Assembly: GCF_016432865.1 (NCBI RefSeq) | Contig: NC_067401.1 | Coordinates: 208,940,001-209,004,000 of the forward strand | DNA length: 64,000 bases | Direction: 5' to 3' | Source of the DNA: Antechinus flavipes | Taxonomy: Eukaryota | Shown: piece after piece, positions 25,478 through 38,939 of the stretch | Numbering within the stretch: the stretch's first letter is position 1 | Layout: each line of letters starts with the position of its first letter | The notes under the pieces: generated by a model | Seen by the model: only the letters and a program-made list of their open reading frames with translations | What the model was told of the DNA's origin: nothing | Databases searched by the model: none | Program-made: the position numbers and the translations under genes

Positions 25478-25779
25478 NNNNNNNNNNNNNNNNNNNNNNN
25501 NNNNNNNNNNNNNNNNNNNNNNNNNNNNNNNNNNNNNNNNNNNNNNNNNNNNNNNNNNNNNNNNNNNNNNNNNNNNNNNNNNNNNNNNNNNNNNNNNNNN
25601 NNNNNNNNNNNNNNNGTCTCTCNNNNNNNNNNNNNNNNNNNNNNNNNNNNNNNNNNNNNNNNNNNNNNNNNNNNNNNNNNNNNNNNNNNNNNNNNNNNNN
25701 NNNNNNNNNNNNNNNNNNNNNNNNNNNNNNNNNNNNNNNNNNNNNNNNNNNNNNNNNNNNNNNNNNNNNNNNNNNNNNN
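25478..25779. other. Two N-runs (138 and 157 nt) separated by a 7-nt island gtctctc (25616-25622)
   Basis: Read directly; the island and right flank are CT-rich. Confidence 0.99.
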
Positions 25780-26532
25780 CTTCCTCTCCTTCCCCATAGG
25801 TCTTTGTTTATCTCCTCTCTTCTTCCCTCTCCTCAGACTTCATCAACATTATTTTCCTCCTTTTCCCCCCATTAGATTGTAAGCTCCTTGAGAGCAGGAT
25901 CAAAACTTTATCCACTTTTGCTTCTATCCCTTGTCCCTTGGGAGGGGCCTCACACATGGTCCAGGATTAATGAATACTGGATTGAATTTTATTATCCTGT
26001 TTTTGCCAATAAGATCAGTTAATAGTTTTGTTTTCCTAATTAAGATTTTTGTTCATGAATTTATTTTTATGGAATTGCTTCTTGTGATAAAAATTTACTT
26101 CAGGATTATAAAAGAGTAGTAACATAGGCTTCTGTATATTAAAACTAGTGTAAAAAGAAATTTTCTTGAATGACAATGCCTTTAAAATCAGCACAATGGA
26201 ATCCTCTTGTACCAGGGTGAGCTGAGAATTCCACTGAGTGTACTTTAGGAAAGATGGTTTGCATTCAGCCTCTTGTAAATATAGTTTGAGGAGCCATGAC
26301 TAATATTTTCTTTCTATATTTTTTCTTTGTATTTATAGAGAGGCCCACCCAGGCCATAAGTTAGATGGCTAAGACCTTCATCTATTGACCCAATTTGTTT
26401 ATCACACTAGTCAAAGCATCTAGTTTTTCTTTATGCACTCCTTCCTTACTTCTGTCACTTAGAACCCATCCTTAGCTTAGCTTATGTCATTTTCTTACAA
26501 GTCTTTAGGAACCCTCCTGATCTAGGGATCCT

Positions 26533-26655
26533 GGACTAGAAAAAGTCCAAATTTTTTGTGTCCCAGGCCCCTTTGACAGTCTAGTGAAACATATGGACCC
26601 CTTCTCAGAATAATATTTCTAAATACAGAAAACAAAGAAACTAATTATATTGAAA
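26533..26655 (+). mobile_element. hAT Charlie4-like MITE fragment
   Basis: cccctttgacagtctagtgaaacatatggaccccttctcagaataat...aattatattgaaatgcagtt. Confidence 0.7.
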
Positions 26656-29600
26656 TGCAGTTTTATATATTATATATTTTTATATTCAATTAAGTACATG
26701 CATACATACATATACATGCGTGTGTATATTTTGTGTTCATACACATGCTGCTCTTTTATTAGTTCTCAGAATTGCTTTAGGGATAAAGAAAGGAGCTGGG
26801 CTGGGCAGACAATAATTGACCAAATGCTCAGTGTCCTTAAACAGACTTAACAGCTACTTAGAAGCCTGTGCTGTCCTCCTTGTGAATGTGTGACTGCAGT
26901 GACCTTTTGATAACGCTTTATTCTTTTGGGTCTGGCAAGTAACAAAAGTCACATTCAGTCAAACATATTCAGCGTTTGAGGGGAAAAAATTTTTCTGCAA
27001 ACTCTCAACCTCCCCCAGGCCAGTTATCCCCTATTTTAAATGTGCTATTGAACATTATTTCATCCAATAGGACTCAACGCTGCTCTGTCAGGAACCAATG
27101 AACCATGAGCTACATGAGCCATATGGTTCAAGTTGCAGGAGCTTCATGAACCACGAATCACGTTTTGTTAAGGTTGTAAGATGGCTCAGTGGAGGGAGCA
27201 CTGATTTGGGGGTCAGAAACTGGGGATCAGCTCTCTGTATGGCTCCAAATGGAGTATGATAAACAAATTTTACTGTAGAACTCAGGGGAATTTTTGGATT
27301 AGCAGAATTTCACTAGTATTGTTTCTTTACTAGGAAGCACTTGTGTTCCCAAATGGGCCTGTCTATAAAGAGAATTTTCTTTTCCCAAAAACACTGAAGT
27401 AAGGGAGAGGAGGAAGAAAGTAAGATTTGAAAAAGATAATAGAAAGTTTGAGACAAAATGATAACTTTTATCCATTCATAAGGAGTAGGAAATGTTTCTT
27501 TCAAGATGGCTATCAATATTAAGATGAAAGACAATTTGGATATTAAAAACTTCAACTATATAGCAGATTTTTTCTCTTCTTCTTTCACTTCTGTTTGGAA
27601 TTTATTCTCTTTTAGTGTCTGAACACGTTCTTTGCATGGCAAAGTGCACAAAGATTCAAGTAAATTGGCCTTTTGTAGTCTTGGTTCCAGTTCTCCAGGG
27701 AAGCTTATTGGCTGCCCAAGACATAAGAACATCTTATCCTCCTGGCTCATCACTCAAGTGTTACTCTAATGTGGTTTGGTCTTAGAGGTTTTGTTTTGTC
27801 ATGGATGAAAGATGAGGCACCTATCCTGCTTTGGCTCCTCAGTGTAACACAATTATACAGGGTTAAGAAGGGGACAGGCTGCTTGTTTTTTATTTTTATT
27901 TTTTCTGGTCTCTAAAAAAAGAAATGTATGTTCCTGCAGCTGCTCAGTAGTGTCCGGAAAGATTTGGTAACAAAGCCTGGAAAAATAATTTCTAAAAGAT
28001 CTTTTAGGTTTTTAACATTTCACCTGTTCTCAAAATTTCCATTGTGCCTCGCCCAGTCCTTCAGTCTTTCTTGTAGTGTTAGATTAAGAGAAAACATCAA
28101 TATATTTCCAGATTTGTGCATTGAATTCACTACTTACAGAGCTACTGGCATAAACCAATGAAATAGCTATAGAAAACAAAGACAAAGTTTATTATGCTTC
28201 TTATAAATTCATGGCTTTATTTTTCACATAAAAGTCATGAAACAAAAAAGAGACTCTGAGAGCTCAACATTTTTTCCCGCTGCCTCTAAATTTCACTTTG
28301 GCCTTTATTAAATTGTTACATGTACTTTTTACACTGTTCCAGATACTACTGGAGATTACAAAGATAATTAAATCAAGAATCCCTACCTTCGATTCTCCTT
28401 GTTTCTCCCCTTCAAGAGGGGGTATGTCCTTTTCCCATCATTACTGCATCTCTTTCCCTCCTGTGCCATCTTTGAGTAGAGATTTGTGTTTTGTCCTTTT
28501 CCCTTTATGAATTTTTCTTTCCCTCTCTATGAATTGTGAACTTTAGGGGTTTCATGTGCATATTATTTCTCTGTAATAAACCTATTTTTTCATACAAAAA
28601 AAGAGTCCCTACCTTTCATGGGATTTACAATTGAGTAGGAATTTTCCCTGAAATTATTCCCCAAATATTCCTGAAAAGCACCTGCAAACTTTTTTCTTGT
28701 TGTTCATGTGTTATAGTCCTTAAGTTGTGTCAACATCTTATCAACAACTTTGGAGGAACATAAGTATTTAAGAACTATTTATTACATATCTACTATATGT
28801 GATATATCATCCTAGGAATTAAGGGAAATTTAAAGATAAATAAAATATAGCCTCTGAACTAAAAAAAAATAATCCAATATAATGCTATGACAGTGTTATA
28901 ATGATTCAACAGTACATACGGGCCCAACAAGACATTTTGGCAAAGGATTTTTGAAGGCACTTGGTCAACTCAATTATAAGGGAAGACCTTCATTTTAGGA
29001 AAAACAAGGATACATTTAATCCTATAACACACACTTGTTGTAGCTTTTCTGTGCAATACAAGTTTGTCTTGCATACTCAGTATTCCCAGGGCTTAGGGTA
29101 ATTACTTCTGTAGTATTGTCATAAATGGTTTCTGGAAGGGATGTGAGAGAAAACTGGTGGGAAGTAAGGCACCCAAATTCAAAAGGGATAATGGAAGAAG
29201 AACTGCACCAGAATTAGTCCTAACCTTGAACAAATCATATAACCTCTTGGAGCCTGAGGTTGAGGCAATGAAATGAGGCCAAAAAAAAAAAAAGGCAAAG
29301 AATTGATCCTAGATAGCTTCTTGATATTCCTTTTGGGGTTTGAGATGTCTATAGAAGTGGGAGAAAGGGATAAGAAAAATCAGGAACAAACTCTTAACCT
29401 GTTTGAATGAGACTCTCCCTGGGTCCTTAATTCTTTCAGGTTCAATCCCGGTGCTGTACCAGACGTTTCAAGCTTGTACTGACAGGAAGTGGGTGGCGGG
29501 GCACATTTCAGCTAATGGACCTCGTTGGAACAAGCTTGACTGTGGAGACAGCTACACTCATGTTACTGTGTCTTGGCTTCCTGTCTGTTTTCTTTGGGCT

Positions 29601-29849
29601 GTGTAGTCAATGAATAAGGAGACAGGAAAAGACATTTTGGGGCAAATAAAATGAGGAATTTGTCTTCTGGAGACAACTTATAGTTGGGAAATTCAAATGT
29701 TCAATTTAACTCTGTCTTAATAGGGTCTTAGCCATCTCTCTCGTGCTGTGCTCAGTGTCAGTGGAATGCAGTTAGTGCTAACTACCATCTCCTGGACAAT
29801 ATTTCCGTCTGTGCCTAAAGGCAAATTAATCCCCCCTTTAACAAAACTT

Positions 29850-30270
29850 CCTTTCCTTAAGGCAAATTATCTAAACTTCTTTAGCTTTCTTTCATAGAAT
29901 AAATTTGTAATCCTTTAATCCATCTGGTTGCTCTCTTTTGAACCCTTTTCAAATTCTTCATATTTTACTAAAAACATTGTCAGGGCCCCAGTCCAGTTTG
30001 GACTGGACATTATTTCCTAGTACAGGTCTCCCCAGTGCAGAGTCCTGTGGGAGGATTGCATGACATTCTTCTATTTATATATCCAAACATCCAACTTGTT
30101 TTTTAAACAACAGTGCCATATAGACTCATATTTAGTTTGTGGCTTAGTAGTAGGACTCCTTGCTGTTTTTCTATACTTCAGTTGTCCACAGCCCATCCTG
30201 ATCTCTGTTCTTTTTCAGATTTGGTAACACAGGGACATGTTAATTTTATATGCCACCAAAATTCTCTTGG
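29850..30270 (-). mobile_element. CR1/L3-family LINE fragment
   Basis: aaacttctttagctttctttcatag...catctggttgctctcttttgaacccttttcaaattc resembles antisense CR1 ORF2. Confidence 0.6.
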
Positions 30271-30319
30271 AGTTTGAACAGCTTAGAAAGACTACTAGAG
30301 GCTACTCTCTTTCTCTCTA

Positions 30320-30759
30320 NNNNNNNNNNNNNNNNNNNNNNNNNNNNNNNNNNNNNNNNNNNNNNNNNNNNNNNNNNNNNNNNNNNNNNNNNNNNNNNNN
30401 NNNNNNNNNNNNNNNNNNNNNNNNNNNNNNNNNNNNNNNNNNNNNNNNNNNNNNNNNNNNNNNNNNNNNNNNNNNNNNNNNNNNNNNNNNNNNNNNNNNN
30501 NNNNNNNNNNNNNNNNNNNNNNNNNNNNNNNNNNNNNNNNNNNNNNNNNNNNNNNNNNNNNNNNNNNNNNNNNNNNNNNNNNNNNNNNNNNNNNNNNNNN
30601 NNNNNNNNNNNNNNNNNNNNNNNNNNNNNNNNNNNNNNNNNNNNNNNNNNNNNNNNNNNNNNNNNNNNNNNNNNNNNNNNNNNNNNNNNNNNNNNNNNNN
30701 NNNNNNNNNNNNNNNNNNNNNNNNNNNNNNNNNNNNNNNNNNNNNNNNNNNNNNNNNNN
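30320..30759. other. N-run (440 nt)
   Basis: Flanks ctctctttctctcta and cttcttc are CT-rich. Confidence 0.99.
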
Positions 30760-30842
30760 CTTCTTCATACACTATCCACAGTAATTTAATACTATTTTTC
30801 CTTAGATCTGTCAAGACACAGTGAGGATATTACATACATGAT

Positions 30843-31100
30843 GAAGTCAATAAGCATTTATTTATCACCTAGATGTCCCAGGCACTGTGCTGAGCACTGT
30901 GGATACAAAGAAAGGCAAACAACACATTCCTTAATTTTAAGGAGTTCACAGTCTAAAACTGGAGACCACATGCAAACAAACATGCATGATATATAAAAGA
31001 TAGATTAGAGATAAAACATAGAGAAAAGTCTCTAGCATTAAGGAGAATTGAGAAAAATCTAGTAGAAAGTTCATTTTTTTAGCAGGGATTTAAAGAAAGC
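30843..31100 (-). mobile_element. L2 fragment
   Basis: aagtcaataagcatttatt...ccaggcactgtgctgagcactgtggatacaaagaaaggc. Confidence 0.85.
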
Positions 31101-31206
31101 CCCCCAAAGTCGCCCTTTTCACATATCTTGTAAAAAAAAAATCACCTGATTTTAACCTGAATCACATCAGAGAGTATAGATTCCTCATGAGGCCTCCAGG
31201 GTTCCT

Positions 31207-31405
31207 TGATTGATGATATAATGGAAAGAACACCATACATATAGCCAGGTTATCTGGACTTAAGTCCTTACTCTACCACTGACTTTCTGTGTGGTTTTGG
31301 ACAAATCGTTTAACCCCCCTGAGTCTCTGTTTCCTCATCTGTAGAATGAAAATGTTAGATTTTTATGAATTTTAAGGTCCCTTCACGCTCTAAATTCATG
31401 GTCTG
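31207..31405 (+). mobile_element. MIR
   Basis: ctctgtttcctcatctgtagaatga...ttaaggtcccttcacgctctaa. Confidence 0.75.
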
Positions 31406-32021
31406 ATGAAATGTCTATTTTTTCCCCTCAGAGGGCTCCAGTTTTGTGTTTCAGTTTTTTGGAAAAGATTTCTAGTGGTGACGGGAAAGGTAACATAAAA
31501 ATAAAAAAGCAACCTTTCGCTTGAAAAATTGTTCTTTGATATTGTGGTCACCACCATGCTGTCCTGATCTCCTTAATGCTATTCTTTTCTCTACTGTGGA
31601 TAGTTTTTCACATACAGAGGACTTCTGGGATCACAATTTCATTTCCTCTCTTCTATAAGCTACAACAAGAAAAGACAGACAGCATCAGTTTTGGGGGAAC
31701 CATAATGCTCACAAATCTTATTTCTGGCCCTTTCAGTGAGGGGAGAGTGTGGTCTCATTCATAGAATACTTGAACAAGAAGGGGATAACCTTGTTAGCAT
31801 TTCTATTGCTGAATAAACTATGATTTAGGAAAATCACTTTCCTTTTATGAAGATGATTTTCTTCATCTATAGATATTTGGCATAATGCTTATTAAACTAA
31901 TTTTAGATTAGAGGTCTTATATAATCACATAAATATAAAATACAATTAGTAGTTCTTAAACAGTCATATTATATATACATACATACATTTGATATGGTTG
32001 ACTGTTCAGCTATATTAATAA

Positions 32022-32333
<312 letters not shown>

Positions 32334-32397
32334 TAAATAGATTATTATTCTGAAGATTAATATTAAATTTTGATATTTACTTCTTAGGGTGAGGGTA

Positions 32398-32428
<31 letters not shown>

Positions 32429-35400
32429 GTATATGTATATAGCTGATATATAGTTGATATATAGCTGATTTGGTTTAGAAATTTGGTGAAATACCAAATG
32501 AAACCTTATTCTGTATCAGATCATCACAATGTGGTAGAGTGACAGTACATACATGCTTGGGGAAAATGTTTATTTTCTAAATGTCTTCCTTTTGTCCAGG
32601 GAATGCAGGGGGTGCTAACATATACCCTCCATTTGGAAATCAGTTTTACTAGTTCAGGTTTCAGCTTACATTTCATGCAAATGTTTAACCATTCCATGAA
32701 GTCTGCTTGTAAAATTGCCTAAGGGCTAGCAGGAACCTTTCTTTGGTAGTTTTAATGCAAAGTTATTGTCTGGTTGATTGGGCAGATAGAATTAGTCACT
32801 GATTCATATTTAGCTTGAGGTCTACACGCTACACTCCTGTTTATACATTCCAGTATTCTACTTGCTTTAAAAAGAATGAATAACAGTAATACACGACAGA
32901 CTAATATTTATCATTTGACACATTGACATATTTGACAGTCTCCAACTTTTTCTCAACCCCTCCCGCCTGTTTTTCAGTGCCAAATCTTTTTTCTAGATTT
33001 AGTCTGACACAATCATGTGCTAATGAACATGTGCTTAGAATTCATAGATAATAGAAGTTGAGAACTGGAAGGCTAGAAAGACTCAAAGTGATCACTATAC
33101 ATACATATATATGCAATATTATCATATGATAATGTTGCATTAGATTTATATAGACTTTGTCGTATATAAAATAACCTAAATTAAATATATAGTATATATA
33201 TATATATATATATATATAGTAAAAATATTAAATACTGTTTCTAGTAGCTAGTTCTCTTATCACAAAGTTCTTTAAAGGTCTGAAATACAATTGTTTTGCT
33301 TCATCTAATCATGTCTCTATCTCTGGTAGATTATCTTCTGCTATTTTTTAGATATTTACTTATATTAAGTCCATGTTCATGTAATTATATCAAAAATCTC
33401 AATGCAGGTTTAATCTATTAAAGCATATTACATGAATTTTGTACATGCATATGGACACAGGTATATTATTTTGGATGTGTGCACATGTTTAAAAAATATA
33501 CGTATACATGTGCATACATATCAACTAAAAATAGAGAGGTTGGAGCTTGGAGAGGAGAGAAACAATGAGCAAGTTCATAAATTGGTACCATTAACAAATT
33601 GTATACTTAATTGTTAATTTAGGAAAATCCATAGGCTTCTATTAAGTTATTAATATGTCAGCGTATTTATTGACTAAACAGCTACTCTTGCTGAAAATTT
33701 TTAAAATAAATTCTTATTGATTTATTTTACATTATATAGTTTTCCCCAGAATCATTGAAAATTTTAAGGACATAATTCTTGTGCATTTGTGAAATTCACA
33801 TATTTCAGTAATAGGCAATGTGGATTTTGAGGGAAGTAGAAGGTTTTAGCTCAATGACAATAGTATGTCAATAGGAATAAATAGCATCCTACTTAATTAG
33901 ATTACTAACAGATCCTCCCTTATTATTACTATATATTTTGTAATTTAGTTGCAAAGAAAAATATGTACAATATATATCTATGTAGATTATAGAGAATACA
34001 TGGAAGCATACAAAGAATACAAGGAGAGAATACAAAGCTGTATGCTTCATACATTAAACAACAATTGCTATGTTCTTTGCTGCTGTTATTATCAATTATT
34101 GTTATTGTTAAAATCTCTCTTCTCATTTGTTTAATCGTGTTTAGCTAGAACTGGTACTGGTACAAGTTCTTATCCTGCTTTTATTCTTTTGTAATTAAAG
34201 TTCTGTGGACAGTAGCATAGATGAATAAAGTTACTGATTTTTATAGTTTATTAAAAGCCATAAAATTTACAGCTCATCTTCTTATCTTATGCTTATCTTC
34301 TCTATACTCACTGAAAGTGCCCTCAGGACAAATGCACTAGTAGACAGAATAAGGAAGATAACATATTACTTGTCTATTTTTCTACACAATTTTAATTTCT
34401 GCTTTTTCTCTGTATTATCATCATTATTGTCATCATTATCATGATCGAGTATTATAGTAAATTCTTGACACTTTATCGACTTCACATCAGCCAAGACCCA
34501 CTCCAAGATGTACTTGTGGAGGAAACTCTTACCTCCCCGATCTCCTTCATTTTAGAGATAAGGAAACAGAGCCTAGAGAGATGAAATGACTTGCCTATGA
34601 TCCCATCACTGACAATTAATGTAAAGTCTAATTTCACTTCTGGTCCAAAGCATGTTTCCAATATATCATGCAATAATGAGGATACTTAGATGATATTTCC
34701 TCATCAAGAACACTTTGTCCAAACTTTTGTCCTTCATTTATTCAGTATGCACTTATTTATTAAGGGACCACTATGCTTCAGGCAGTGTACTAGCAACAAA
34801 AATACACAAACAACAGTCTCTGCCCTCAAGCAGCCTACATTCTATTTGAGTTTTGAAAACAGTACGTACCATAAAGGTGAGGGATTGTTTGGTTTTTAGC
34901 TTTGTATAAACAATGCCTCATATAAGTGCCTGGGACATGGAGGATATTTAAGGATTGACTTATTAATAAGCAAAATTTGTGCAAACTTTAAGTAAAATAA
35001 TTGGGAAAGGATATAAAAAATTGGTAGAGTCAGAGGGAAAGAGCTATTCTGAACTTATCACTTATTATTTTATACAATAAATATTTATTTTTTGATAAAG
35101 TGACTTTTATTTTATCATTTATTATTTTATACAATAAATATTTGTAGATGTCATTCGTATCCCTTTGTAGACTGGAATCTCCATCATGAGACTATATCTC
35201 ATCTAATTTTTTAAAAACTCTTTCCTAACACCTTTCTCTAGATGCTTACATGTCTGTTCCATTCCATTGTTAGCTCTCACAATACATTTACCACATCTCT
35301 GGTCTCTCCTGCTTGAAGCTGTCCTGCCCGTTTGGTACTTAGCCACCTCTGGGTGGGTAAAGGGGAGATAAAGGAGGTAGCTTCACCATTTGGTGCCAGA

Positions 35401-35983
35401 AGACTTAGAAATTTATATAAATATAGAGATAGAGTAACATAGTACATAGAGAGCTGGCTTCAGAGCCAAGAAAATCTGGTTTCAAATCCCAATTCTGTGT
35501 CACTTGCTCCAAAAGTGTACTTCCCAGTTATCCAGAACCTCAAAAATCACTCATTAAGCACATAGGCAAATTTCTCCATGTCATTGCTCTCCATTGGGCC
35601 TGCCATTTTCACCAACACCAAGGGGGACTTTCTTCCAGGCAGACTTCAGGTAGTACTTTCCTTCCAGGTGAGAGATTTTTAAGAAGATTTTTTTTTTTTT
35701 TTTTTTTGCTTCTCCGGGTTTCTGCAATTCAGTGGGATTGCATTGGAATATCTGAATGCAATTAAAAAATGCAATATAACTTTTTGTTTGTAAGAAGTAA
35801 AATGTATTAATACAAAGTTAATATTTAATGTGACACTGTTGAGGAAGTTTTTCCAAAATAACTTTTTAGGCAGCCTCTAAGCTAAGTCACTTTATCAATA
35901 GACACTTTGACTTAAGAGGTAATAAAATTCCCATCTGTGTGCTCTTAGATTAAAGCAGGCTTCTGCCAAGGCCCCTCGGACTG

Positions 35984-36340
35984 GGTCAAGTCAAGTTGTC
36001 AACAAGCATTTATTAAGCACCTACTGTGTGTCAGCCACTGTATCAAGCACTGGGGATACAGAGAAAGGCAAATATAGTCCTCCCAGAGAAGCTCACAGTC
36101 TTAAAGGGGAAGCAATATGCAAACAACGGTACAAATGAGATATAGGCAGAATAAATTGGAGCTTCACTCAGGGAGAAGATGAGCATTAAGGGAATCAGGA
36201 AAGACTCCTTGCAGAGGACATAACTTAAGCAGGGACTTGATGGAAACTAGAAGATCACAATGAGGAGGGAGAGAATTCAAGGCTTGGAGGTCAGCCAGTG
36301 AAAATGTTTGTGGAGACTTGTGCAAAGAACAAGAAGGAGT
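35984..36340 (-). mobile_element. L2 fragment
   Basis: gtcaacaagcatttattaagcacctactgtgtgtcag...gcactggggatacagagaaaggc. Confidence 0.9.
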
Positions 36341-36595
36341 GTCCAGAGAAGAACACTGGAGTAGGCCCTGTGTGTGTCAGGCTGGGTCTGCTGGGCTCAC
36401 AGTGAAACATTTACGAGCTTAATCTTTTCAGAAATGGGAAAGCCCAGCTGGGTTGCTTGTGTCTCAAATTACTGTCCTATTCATGTGTGGAGTGATCACA
36501 CGATTCTTTAATGGGAAACAAAGGGGGGAAATAAATGAATCCAGTAATAGGATTAGTGTCTCTAGGAGAGTCAAAAGTGACTAGAGGAGTATGGT

Positions 36596-36599
<4 letters not shown>

Positions 36600-36654
<55 letters not shown>
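36600..36654. repeat. (GA)27 microsatellite
   Basis: Read directly. Confidence 0.98.
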
Positions 36655-36658
<4 letters not shown>

Positions 36659-37149
36659 ATCTCAGTTCTGTTGCTGAGTGAAGTGGGATTTCACTCTCTG
36701 TCCCAGCTATGAGCTGGCTATTTACTAGAGGCAATCTATGACTTGAGGAGCTAAATCAAAGCACTCAGAGGAAGTTTTTTTGAACTTTTTTTCTCTCTTT
36801 TTCCTTGCCCCTGTAGAATTTATATACCCAGAGCTAAAAGTAAATAAAAACCTGACTTTAATTTACTGCTGTCTATGGGAGGAAAAAGAGAGAGGGGGAT
36901 AAGTATTTATAAGTAGGTATTCTTAAGGGATAATATATATGTATATATACACACACTGCTATGTATATGTAAACACATATATGTACATGCATACATACAA
37001 ACACACACACGTAAGTGTACCCACTGATATATACTTCACAAGTTCATAAATCCCTTTTCTAGGGGAAGTTCCTATTGTTGTCTACTTTACAGAAAGAGGA
37101 TAGGAAATATTTCATATTTATGTTGCAACACAGGATGTGGAGTGTTAAT

Positions 37150-37620
37150 TAATTATTTATGAAGTGTCAGGCCTTTAGGACCTGGTGATACAAAGACAAA
37201 ACTCGACCCTCAAAGAACTTCCTTTCTACTGGGGAGCAGGGATACACAGATAAGTAAATGGGGGGAAATACCAAGTAATCCCAGCAGGGAGAGCACAAAC
37301 AAGGGAGAGGTATAGGGAAAGACCTTAAAAGGAGGCAGGGATTCCAGAGACCACCATAAAGAGAGAGAGCCATCTAACATTGGGGCAAAGTCTGGACAAA
37401 GATCTTAAAGATAGTTTTCCACATTGAAGAAGAGCAAATGGGTCAGTTTGGCTGAAATGGAGGATGCTCAAAGGGGAGGACCATGCATGAATTTAGAAAA
37501 TAGAGGAAGTCAAACCTTTTCTTATAGACCAATAGAATATAACTAAAATTTTTTCAGAAGGGAAGTGATGTGATCAGACTTGAGTTTTAGGAATATCAAT
37601 TGTAGCCATGTAGAAAGTGG
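37150..37620 (-). mobile_element. L2 fragment
   Basis: aattatttatgaagtgtcagg...ccctcaaagaactt...ttttaggaatatcaatt. Confidence 0.7.
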
Positions 37621-38698
37621 AAATTCAATGCTAATATTCTGAAGAATTAAACTCCCAACAGGACACTATGTGAAAATTTATGAAGTTGCTAATAATAAAA
37701 CATGTCTTTCTTAGTTTAATCTTTAAGTAATACCTACAAACTTATCTCCTAAAGGAGTCTTGCCTTTTGTTTCTCTCATCTTCAGAAACTAATTTCCTTC
37801 TTATTGAAATGAAATATATTTAAGAAAAGTAAATAAGACAATATGCTAAGGAAAATAAATTTCTTAAAGGCAGAAATCATGTCTTTTGTATTCTATAATC
37901 AATCACAAAGACTACATTTAGGTCATGTGATTAATATTAATCAAATCAAAAGAAAATCTTTTCTTTTGAAAATCAAAAAAAATCTCCTATTAATATATGT
38001 ATTAGTTTTCACCAGGTACAGACAAAGGATTGTTTTTTTAAAAGAGCTTCTTATTTAGTCTGTCTCTAGCAGTCCTATATATCCCTATCCCATTTTTTCT
38101 TTACTTTTGCCTTTCCTCGTGTCATAGTTTGCTTTTTTGCTAGGTACCTCTCCCTCCCTCTCTTTCCCCCTTTTCTGGTGTCACTGAGAGAACTGGACAA
38201 AGCTCAGAAAGCTTAGAAGAGGAGAATAAGTGAACCATATTATATAAAAGACTTCATCTCAGATGGAGAAAATGGGGAATATCATCCCAATACAGTGTCC
38301 TAATTTTTCCAGAGTTTATTGATACTTAATCACAAGGTTGCCAGTTGAGATTTTTTCTGGATTTTGTTCCTTCCTGTTTTTCCATTTTTGTTGAATGAAT
38401 ATGAATCAGGGATATAAAAATGCATAAAAAATTTTAAGAAGACAACTTGACCATTACTAGTTATATGTTTGTATATCTGACTTTATATTTTGCTAAGGAG
38501 CTATCATTTTCACATATTAATAGTATAATTCTTATTTTGTGAATTTCAAGGACCACTTACAGACCTTAGAAGCCTCTGTAATTTGGTAATCCCTCCATTT
38601 CAATTTGTTAATATTCTCACTCTCCTCAAATTATCTTGAATTAATCTATATATGTGTAGTCTACTTCCAATAAATGTGAGGTCCTTAGGAGCCAAAAC

Positions 38699-38699
<1 letters not shown>

Positions 38700-38742
<43 letters not shown>
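38700..38742. repeat. (GT)21 microsatellite
   Basis: Read directly. Confidence 0.98.
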
Positions 38743-38745
<3 letters not shown>

Positions 38746-38939
38746 GGGAGTAACTAAGGTCCTACATGTAAAGGGGGCTGATTAAATAATTTGACTTTAG
38801 TTGAATTTCAGTAAGCAGAGTTTGATAAGAGAAGGTCATCCCTTTGATATGTGGAGTGGAGGGGATGACCAAATTAAAAAATGGCAAAACTCATATTAGA
38901 AATTCTTTTCTGTGAAGTAGAAAATTTGGTAAGTATTTT

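Noticed and set aside
25345-30824. Long ORFs (108-195 aa) in the track
   Set aside because: They are artefacts of translating through N-runs.
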